Shown: positions 54,019 to 64,000 of the stretch, one piece after another | Layout: each line of letters starts with the position of its first letter | Position numbering within the stretch: the first letter of the stretch is position 1 | Assembly (NCBI GenBank): GCA_951406725.2 | Contig: OX597824.1 | Coordinates: forward strand, 2,976,001-3,040,000 | DNA from: Octopus vulgaris | Taxonomy: Eukaryota | Direction of reading: 5' to 3' | Length of the DNA stretch: 64,000 nt | Position numbers and translations under genes: made by a program | Notes under the pieces: model-generated | The model's database searches: none | Told to the model about the DNA's origin: nothing | Seen by the model: only the letters and a program-made list of their open reading frames with translations

Positions 54019-55940
54019 GGCATAATCGACTTTCCCCTCCATTAAAATTGCTGGCCTTGAGCCGTAATTTGAAACTTATTTTTAGCATTTATTTATTACA
54101 TAGATGGAGGAAGAATAAGAGCAGCCATGATCCTTTTAGGAGTTTCATAGACTGATGGTGGCGGTAAATGAGGGGTAATGCCCTCTGTAATTGAAACAGC
54201 GTAAACTTTGCGGGAAGTTACACAAGGCCTAGTTAGAGAGGGTTATACACTGAAGACGATGGATTTAGTTGAGAGTTTCTTGGGCGATATATTTATAAAA
54301 CAATACGAGTGAAACCGAAAGCATAAATAAGAAACTTATTAAAGTGAGTCAAGCTAAATCACGTGTCAACAAAGGCATTAGTGCTGTCATTGAACATGTC
54401 TTCTTGGATAGATTAAAATGTCACAACTTTCCTCTTGTAAGTAGGTTTCATATAGTCAGGCCATTAATACTCCTGTCTTCTCTATGTAATATTCATGCGT
54501 ATATATGTACCACTTTCTTTGTGCGTGTGTGTATACATATACACACATATATATACATGTTTGTGTGTATATATATACTAACATACCTCTTTCTCATATA
54601 CATATATGTATATATACATATATACACACACACATTTATTTAAAAATCCTTTCCTCACATTGTCACACCTAGCTTTTACCACATATATAAACTTAAACAG
54701 TGCTTTTACATTTTTTACATATCTACACCTTAATCTAGCAAACGTCCATTTATTTTCAGTTACACACACACATACACACGCACGCACGCACACACACATG
54801 CACACGCACGCACACACACATACACTCATAAGAGCACGCTCGCAAGCATACTCATAAGCATATACAGACATTCACACACACACACCCACACCTACGCACT
54901 TACACATCCACACCCATGTGTACACTTTGCTCATGAAATTATCTCATACGATCTCATACGTGCTATTACCCCAGTGTATGTTCTCTATCTGATCTGCAGA
55001 TCTTCCCCATGCCTAAAAAAGGGCATTCTCGTTGTACAACAATAACAACCACAACATTTACACAAATATACGCACCTTCATTCAAGAAATGGCTTTTCTT
55101 TCTGTTTTTTTTTTTTTTCTTTTCTGATGATAAATTGTGTTCATAATTGTCTTTGGCAAAATCTTTCTTTCCGATGACAAACAGAAATTCTGCTGTAGAT
55201 CTTACACGGACATGGTAACGCGCAAATTAAGATTCGGAACTATATGGTTCTGAGTTTAATCTGCAGTAAAGAGATCGATCCGCCCCATGAGCAGTGTTCT
55301 TCCTGACCTTACAACTTGCGCACGAGAGAAAAAAATCTGCGTACATGTTTTTCAAGACGAAATCAAATAATTTTAATTGAAGAAATTTGTGTGATGGTCA
55401 CTTGCATGGATTGTCACATACTTTGTAATGGGGTACAAAGTTTGCAAACAAGCAAATTTATGCGATCATTCAAAACAAAACAAAATGGCGGGACTATTGT
55501 TGCGGGTGAAATTTGGTAAAAATAAACCAATAGGGATATTGATCTAGTTCTTAAGTACTACACTTAATTCTTTGATTAGTCTAAAACAATCGCCTAGTCC
55601 TCAAGTGCCTTTAGAGGAGTATATTCTGTTAAGCCCTTCTGTGTAAAGTTTTGGGATAAATTCCGTTTTTCTTCACGCCAGCATCTCAGTTCCACAAAAG
55701 TCAGAGTTCTTTTACCAAATTGAACATCTTTAACAAAGAATTTTTTATTTGCTTCAGTCAGGGGTTCGAAGTCATGCAGTGTGGGATACCACAGGGGATG
55801 GTTTAGTAGATTTAATTGGCCCAGTACTTCTTTAATCGGTCACTTTCGTCCGAAACATTGAGACAGATACAACGCAAATAAAAAGATGTACTCACACAAA
55901 AACACACACACACAGATATGTGTGTGTATATGTGATGGAG

Positions 55941-56039
<99 letters not shown>

Positions 56040-57238
56040 TTCATCACAGTTTCCATCTACTTTATTCACCCACAAGTCAGTAACCGGAACGGTGTGATTA
56101 TAGAAACATTTTTCCCAATGTACCGCGCAGTGGGATTGAACATAAACCAGGTGGTTGCCAAACAAGTTTTTAAACCACAGATCATTACCACTTTCTGCTT
56201 TTGACAATCGTATAGCAATCTTTGTTTATTTGAATGCGTCCTTACAACAAGAGTCTGCAATACGACGTTGCTGGATAAGCGGAAGCAAAAGTTAGTTGAC
56301 GACGTAACGTAAAATTGTATTCGATTTTTACATAAGAGATGTTTGGATTGGCAGAGCTACAATTTACAACAAAAGACATAAATGGGAAATTTGTGTATTC
56401 GTAAATGTTGTGTAATCTTAAGAGAATGGTTTTAGCAATGATAACGTATGTCAGGGAGAACACGGACTTTCGACACTTTCAAGATAACTTCTATAACTCG
56501 AAAGATATCACTTGCGACTGACTGCTATGAAGGTTGTTCTATAGCAGCCAAAATACCATTGTTTTTCTATAGTCAACAAACACACTTTCAATACTCAGCC
56601 ATCACTGTCTTTTACTCAGCTTAGAACCACTTCGCTATTATGTAAAGATAAGTTCCAAACCAAAATCAAAGGATGAATTGTCAACATACGCTTTTTAGTT
56701 TTGTTGTTTCTAATTTGCATTCAAGTGTAGAATAGTTGAGCGAAGCGGTTAGTGAATGCCATCGACATAAGTACATGACTGGTACTTATTTTAATTATCC
56801 ACAAGGGCTGAGAGGATAGTTGAGTGGGGAAGGATTTGAACTCCGGAAGTAAGAGCCAAAAGAAATGTTGTCTGGCCTGTTTCCGACGCTCTAACGACAC
56901 TGACAATCCACCGCCATCTCGGTGGTGTTAATACGAAAAGTGTAAAATGGCAGAATCAAGAGACCATTGCGATTGATCGAGGTTTCCTTTTGCGATTTTG
57001 TCCATGAAGATATAAAAGGTGCGGACAAATATGCGTATGATAATTAAACCAATTAACAACGATATGCAAACTCTATGCTGTTTTCTTCTCGTAGTAAAGA
57101 GGGAAGGTGCAAAAGCTTTCTCACCATTTTTTAAATGGAGGGTTCTGGTGTTTCTCAATTTGACCACCACGGGACTAAATGAGACAACAATACGCAGTTT
57201 CAGTCGTCTGTTCTCTAGATTGAACTTATCGACGAATA

Positions 57239-57285
<47 letters not shown>

Positions 57286-57825
57286 GAAGTGGAATAACAA
57301 GGAATTCTGCCGGTATAGATACAGCAGGATTTGAACAAACTGTAGTTGTATAATTAAGAACATCGCTTCGCAAATCTCTTTCACCATTGCTTCGGGTCAG
57401 CATAATCTATAGGAGTAACAGTTAATATTAAAATATGTGGATTGAAAATGAGATATAAGATAACACGCGAAACTATAGTGTGGGAGTCGTTCGTGTAACC
57501 ATGAATTATAGAGCTAGGTAGAGAGCTATGCCATTATGAATTTGACTTCCCAACAATCAGCTTATTAATTTGAACACTCTTTCTGTTCTTCGCTACTTAT
57601 CCAGCAACTGTGATGGTTGACATAAATACATACTTAAACCACCCACACACATACATTGTGAGACACAGACTTAATGCTGCAGGACGTATGTACATTGGTA
57701 TCACAGTGCGCCTGGCTCTTTATATAAATTTTTTAGTATACGCATTAGCATTTCGCTAAATCATCCATAAATTTCTGTGGTAAAAGTATAAATGCTAGCA
57801 AAGGTAACTGGGCCGATCAAACGCC

Positions 57826-57897
57826 GTTCGAGCAGTCCTCACTGACGACGTTTACAGCCATAGACGAAACTAGATCTAATCTGAGTGATACTCGAAC
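57826..57897 (+). ncRNA. Extended type I hammerhead ribozyme (internal loop in stem I)
   Basis: GUUCGAG caguc CUCA CUGACGA c GUUUA cagcca UAGAC GAAA c UAGAUCUA AUC^UGAG ugaua CUCGAAC. Confidence 0.75.
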
Positions 57898-58032
57898 AGT
57901 CCGTAGGGTGTCTACTTCCCCTGTTAGCATACGTGTATATTGTATACGTTCTTCTTATAGCGTTAAGAGTATTTGAACTCTTATTCCTAGCAATGTAGGT
58001 GCTTCGGCATCCTAAGTCAACTTAGTGACGAT

Positions 58033-58076
<44 letters not shown>

Positions 58077-58285
58077 ACGGAAGATTTACGAAAATAAACA
58101 AAAGACGAAGGCAGGTGGAGTACAAACAAATAATGTATTAGTATGGCGCTCAGGAATAGAAATAAAACAAGTCTTTTACGTTTCGAGCCTACGCTCTTCG
58201 ACAGAAAGATACACAGAAAAAAACAAGGAGAGAAACAATGAGAGAAAAAAATTGCGTGTAGGGGCTAACGATCCAACATGGCGTT
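58077..58285 (-). mobile_element. PLE-type 3' terminus (family P1) with minimal hammerhead at 58172-58209
   Basis: ucuuu CUGUCGA a GAGC guag GCUC GAAA C GUA^aaaga; (TA)n on both sides. Confidence 0.65.
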
Positions 58286-58312
58286 ATATATATATATATA
58301 TATATACATATA

Positions 58313-59302
58313 TATAAACCTGAACTTGTAATCTTGATAGAGTAACTGCAGATTTCTCAATAGTTCAGCGTAGGTATTCTCCGTTTCACTGATCTTCAGC
58401 TTTATGTTAAGATCCGCTGAGCAGCTGGTTTCCACAATGGTATACAGTTTCTCTTCCTCATCCAAAATCATTATATCAGGTCTGTTGTGCTTACATTTTG
58501 TTGAGGTATTCACTGGAACATTCTACCAGTATTCTTTTTTATTATGAGTGCCTATGGCACCTGCCATACAGTGGGTTGTTATTTCTTTGGCATCGGGGTT
58601 ATCCTTCCGACGGATTTCATTATGTAGTGTGCATCAGATATTTAGTTGATATTTCCTGTTTCTAGATTGCAAACGAATACTCCTCAAAGCTGGAGGTAGT
58701 AATCCGGTTGTTGATTCATAATATACTGCTTTGATGATCACTGTTACAATCATCTGAGAGCTTTCTCCTAACATATCCATGCATGGTCTTCTGCTCATAT
58801 ATGCTCATCCTTTAATCTAATGATACGCTGCAGTAGAGTCGTGCGATTTCTTTGGGCATGATATCGGACAAGGAATGCTGTTCAAAGAACTTGTTTCAAA
58901 GTATTATGATGTTATCAGCCTCATGTATGCGAATTTGGTCAAGGGATGCACTTCGACACTTGTTGGTTAAAAGATGTTGCCGAAGGGATGTGATGCGACA
59001 TTCAAAGCCATTTTGGATCGCTGTTACGCCTCTGCCTCCTTGTTTTCGTTTTAGGTAGAGGTGGTCTATGTCACTATTTATGTGGAAATTATGTGTGCTT
59101 GTTAGTATTTTCCAGGTTTTCATATCAGTGGTTTGGATCTCATCAAGCGTACAATCAAGTGCCCCAGATATTAGTATGAGGACTGGCTCTGCAAACACAT
59201 GGTGCGCCACTGTTTTATTGAACGCAGAGGATTCTGAGGTCCAACTTTTCTTTATTTGGCTGTAATATTCTTTAATGACACGTGCTTTGTTACAAGTGAC
59301 AT
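58313..59302 (-). mobile_element. R4/Dong-type RLE retrotransposon 3' portion (copy 2)
   Basis: HLYLKRKQGGRGV, HNRPDIMILD..IVETSC..YAELLRNLQ; homologous to 31965-33266 with an internal deletion. Confidence 0.88.
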
Positions 59303-60086
59303 GTATGTATGTATGTATGTATGTATGTATGTATGTATGTATGTATGTATGTATGTATGTATGTATGCATGTATGTATGTATGTATGTATGCATGTATGT
59401 ATGCATGCATGTATGTATGTATGTATGTATGCATGTATGTATGTATGTATGTATGTATGTATGTATGTATGTATGTATGTATGTATGTATTTATGTATGT
59501 ATGTATGTATGTATGTATGTATGTATGTATGTATGTATGTATGTATTTATGTATGTATGTATGTATGTATGTATGTATGTATGTATGTATGTATGTATGT
59601 ATGTATGTATGTATGTATGTATGTATGTATGTATGTATGCATGTATGTATGTATGCATGCATGTATGTATGGGTGTATGTGTTGTATGTATGTGTGTATG
59701 TGTGTATGTATGTATGTGTGTATATGTGTGTGTGTATGTATGTATGTATTGTATGTATGCATGTATGTATGTATGTATGCATGCATGTATGTATGCATGC
59801 ATGTATGTATGGGTGTATGTGTTGTATGTATGTGTGTATGTGTGTATGTATGTATGTGTGTATATGTGTGTGTATGTATGTATGTATTGTATGTATGCAT
59901 GGATGTATGTATGTATGTGTTGTATGTATGTATGTATGTGTTGTATGTATGTATGTATGTATGTATGTATGTATGTATGTATGTATGCGTGTATGTATGT
60001 ATGTATGTGTTGTATGTATGTATGTATGTGTTGTATGTATGTGTGTATGTGTGTATGTATGTACGTGTGTATATGTGTATGTGTGT
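59301..60086. repeat. ~785-bp (TATG)n microsatellite with internal higher-order duplication
   Basis: Direct read; a variant block containing gggtgtatgtgttgtatg recurs at 59671 and 59811. Confidence 0.95.
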
Positions 60087-60602
60087 AGAATCATCCTCTG
60101 ACTCATAGTTTCTTCCGCTATCGATAATTAATTTCTCCTACATATGTAATTGTTACACTCGTACAATTTCACTGTATGACAAAACATTGCAGGATAGCAC
60201 CTCGAAGTTACAGTCAACGAGTGTTTTCTATATTGATAAAGCGTCTATATTGATATGGCTGTCAGAATCCTGTGTTTATTCGGTTGGAACTGAAATGGTT
60301 CAATATCAACAAAGCTTGAAAGATGAGAAGGAAGAGAAGATAACAGCGTCTTGCTTCTGACGACATGGAAATACAATTTTGTGATATCTAAATACATTTG
60401 TTTACACTCGTCTGTCTTTCGGACTGAGTTTACCTTTCGATTAATATTTGTAGCTTCATGAAATTTGAGAATAATATTTATAAATATATATATATATATA
60501 TATAACATGTTAGATTTCCATTATTTCCTACACCACATCTCCCCTCTCCAAGCACAAACTCTTCTTTTTCGTTATCATCATCATCATTATTATTACTACT
60601 AC

Positions 60603-60658
<56 letters not shown>

Positions 60659-60664
60659 TTCCTT

Positions 60665-61160
60665 CGTAACACAGTCTAGGTTACCGGAGACTTTAGTCAT
60701 CTGTCAAGTTACAACAAGGACCTCAGACAGATAATACTGTCCTTAAAATGTGCGGTGTGCTCAATAAAGCTGCGTTTTGCGAGACATCAATCTTGCATGG
60801 GATTTCCAGTTGCCTTAAGAAGTCTTGAAGTTTCAATGGGATTGAGCCCAACGCTCCGATCACCACTGATATCACTTTTACATTACTCTCTCGCATTCAA
60901 TACAGTCTTGCCATTTCCACTTTCAATTCGGAGTACTTGGTGATTTTTTCAACCTCTTTACTCACAGCATTCATGTCATTTGGTAAGGTCACATTAATGA
61001 TCTGACAGTATTTGTCTCTCTTACTCAATATGACAATATCTGGCCGATGGTGTTCGATTACACGATCCTTCTAAAAATCATAGTCCCAGAGTATCGTTAC
61101 TTTTCCATCTTCTTGCATAACTTTAGTTGGTACTTGCTCATACCAGTTCTCTGTTACTTC
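60665..61160 (-). mobile_element. R4/Dong-type RLE 3' fragment (third family)
   Basis: ILWDYDF*KDRVIEHHRPDIV..KEVEKITKYSELK..VVIGALG; flanked by (TAG)n/(TAA)n. Confidence 0.82.
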
Positions 61161-61178
61161 ACATTATTATTATTATTA

Positions 61179-61280
<102 letters not shown>

Positions 61281-61281
61281 A

Positions 61282-61440
61282 GGCAACGAGCTGGCAGAAT
61301 TGTTAGCAAGCCGGGCGAAATGCATAGCAGTATTTGTCTGTCCTTGTGTTCTGAGGTCAAATTCTGCCGAGGTCGACTCCGCTTATCACATTTTCGGCGT
61401 CGATAAAATAAGTACCAATTGAACACTGCGCTCGATGTAA
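61282..61440 (+). mobile_element. SINE family A, diverged partial copy
   Basis: ggcaacgagctggcagaattgttagc head and core. Confidence 0.8.
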
Positions 61441-61486
61441 AATAATATTGATAATAATAATCATTGTACTGAGCATGATACTACTA

Positions 61487-62130
61487 ACACTGATTCTGAT
61501 GAAAGCAAAGGCTGGGTATGTATTCAAGAGCCGCCAACAAAAAGTCACCTCAAACTTTATGGTATAGATGAAGCCCAAGTCAGTTCCCTCATTGATACAA
61601 TGTATACGTTCAGTGCTGATATCAGAATGGAGTTCGGACTGAGAAAGTGTGGTGTGTTAATCTTGAAGAGAGGCAAAATCAAATGTATATACGAGCTATT
61701 GACACCGTCGGGGGAGGTTATGAAGCTTATAGAAGAGGTGGGCTATAAGTACTTGTGGATTTTGGAAATGGATAAATTGATGGAGAAAGAAATGACAGGA
61801 AAATTTAAGGTGGAGTGCGCAGATTGAGACTGATCTTTAAGTCGAAATTAAACGGACGGAATAGGGATGTTGAAGATAAGACAGACTGTGAGAGAAACAA
61901 GGAAAAAGAAGAAGATGGCTGTGGATGACTAAAAGTGATTTAAAACCTGAAACGGAGGCTCTAATCTGTACTGCTCAAGAACAAGCACTAAGAACAAACT
62001 ACATAAAATACAGAATAGGCAACACATCAGAAAGTGATGTGCAGAATCAGTGGTTGAAATGGTGAGACCGTATGGCATATTACCAGCCAATGCACGCCAC
62101 TATCCCAGAAGGAATATAAGAGACGCCACT
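61487..62130 (+). mobile_element. R4/Dong-type RT and CCHC fragments (internally deleted)
   Basis: FSADIRMEFGLRKC, YKYLWILE, LKPETEALICTAQEQALRTN, ETVWHITSQC..EYKRRH. Confidence 0.85.
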
Positions 62131-62559
62131 ACTGAAAATTATCTGAGAATAATCTCTGGCTTACGATCCATGCAAGAAGTGTAAAAGGTTGTTTCAACCG
62201 GTGCGTTACACGTACCGAGAAGTACATTGTCGATGTGAATTTTCTTTGTTTTCTTTTTCATATTTTCTCTTTTTATTCTTTTTATTCTTTTTCCTTTTCT
62301 CTTTTTTTCTTTCTTTTCTTTCCTCCCCTTTTTCTTGATTTTGTAAATGAACAATCGGGTGTGTTTATTTTAATGGCCTACCAATGTAGTGGGTATATTT
62401 TTGTCCTACGTGTCGGGAAGACACTCAGCAAGATATGGAAACAAAATTGAAAGAAGAAAAATAATAATAATATCAAAAAGTTATTAAAAACTATTTTAGT
62501 TAGTATGGCTGTTTATCTTGAGATTTCGTGACAAGTCTCCTCACATCTCTATAAACTTG

Positions 62560-63100
62560 TGGTTTTTTAGAATTCTGGCAGAATAGAGGATTATATTTTT
62601 CTGCCGGATTGAATTTTTCAGAGGATGGCATTTTCTATAGTATGGGTGTCTCAATTCCCGATATCCATCAGTCCCTTAGCCAACATTTTCTGTGTTGTTC
62701 TAAGGGCACCAATTACCACAAGGACCATTTTTACCTTAGTTCTCCTCTTTCTCTTCACCTCCCTGTCAAGACTCATATTTCTAAATTTTCACTTAATTTT
62801 AGTATCCATCCTGTAATCATATGGCATTGGAAGGTTTATGATCTTTTACTGTTAATTTTTTCTTTGTTCTCTACATTGGACTTCTTGCTATAAAAGTATA
62901 GTCTGCCCTTATGTACAGATCTCATAAAATCCTGCAATTAAAATCCAGGATGACAACACCTGGTTGATGTTCATATCGCATTTTCTATCACTGAATCCAC
63001 ACTCTGGGCTAACCTTTGATATTTACTATTGTTTTTTTTCTTATCCTGTTCTTTTATTCTCCTCCATACAGAGAGAAGACGCTGTGATTTGAAATCAAAT
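62560..63100 (-). mobile_element. Highly decayed RLE-type retrotransposon fragment
   Basis: VKMVLVVIGALRTT motif on the minus strand. Confidence 0.5.
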
Positions 63101-63487
63101 TTCAAAAGATACTTCAACTTGTGATTCTTATATCCAGTATAATGACATTGGGATGTAATTATATAACTTTTCTCATGAAATATTACGACTACAATAACAG
63201 CAATGGGAAATGGATATTTGATATATCGCTGATATTAATGGTTCTGTATTATTTTTAATTATATATGCATATATGTATATATATATATATATAAAGTTAA
63301 TCCAAACAAGAAAGCACAGAAAAAAAGAGAAAATTTGAGAAAAAAACACAGCAACGCAGGACGTGGAACAATTAAAGTATATATATATATATCATTTTAT
63401 ATTTGTGTTTAATGTATAATATATATATATATATGCATGTACATATATATCTATATATGTGTATATATATATATATATGCATGTACA

Positions 63488-63530
<43 letters not shown>

Positions 63531-63667
63531 ATATATATATATATATGTATATAAATGTATATATATATATACATACATACGTATATAGGTATGTATGTAT
63601 ATATACTTATATAATCTTAATATATTAGGGGAATGGAATGATACAAAATTTATATATATACGTAAAT

Positions 63668-64000
63668 ACCAGCCATATGGTTCCGGGTTCAGTCCCACTG
63701 CGTGGCACCTTGGGCAGGTGTCTTCTACTATAGCCTCGGGTCGACCAAAGCCTTGTGAGTGAATTTGGTAGATGGAAACTGAAAGAATCCCGTCGTATAT
63801 ATATATATATATGTGTGTACGTGTGTGTAAATGTTTGTGTGTCTGTGTTTGTCCCCCGAACATCACTTGACAACCGATGCTGGTGTTTTACGTCCCCATA
63901 ACGTAGCGTTTCGGCAAAAGAGACCGATAGAATCAATACAAGGCTTACAAAGAATACGTCCTAGGGTCGATTTGCTCGATGGAAAGGCAGTGCTCCAGCA
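63668..64000 (+). mobile_element. SINE family D (runs off the window end)
   Basis: ggttccgggttcagtcccactgcgtggcaccttgggcaggtgtcttctactatagcc; homologous to 43560-43973. Confidence 0.85.

Noticed and set aside
59252-60108. Longest ORFs in the track (259-284 aa)
   Set aside because: Translations of (TATG)n; stop-free by composition. The same applies to the YIYI, HTHT, poly-S/Y/I/M ORFs elsewhere.

Overview
AT-rich, microsatellite-saturated metazoan non-coding DNA. The tRNA-derived SINE repertoire and (TA)n/(CATA)n density point to an octopus or other coleoid cephalopod (inference). I recognise no intact host gene; most ORF-track entries are microsatellite translations. The window is a transposon graveyard: a near-full RTE LINE (12.2-14.7 kb, with stops and frameshifts), several R4/Dong-type RLE retrotransposon fragments, Penelope-like element (PLE) remnants with GIY-YIG domains, a CR1 3' end, Tc1/mariner fragments, non-autonomous Helitrons and many SINEs with target-site duplications. 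The most interesting signal is a dense set of more than 10 hammerhead-ribozyme (HHR)-like motifs from several unrelated repeat families, mostly near (TA)n tracts. They include core variants (U3-A8, U4C, A6U, an extra base after A9), palindromic stem III and very long stem II. Several lie in an 'inverted arm + arm + short tail' architecture, most strikingly a 192-bp perfect palindrome with a U3-A8 hammerhead at its centre (16.67-17.08 kb). All calls were made by eye; none were computed or searched.
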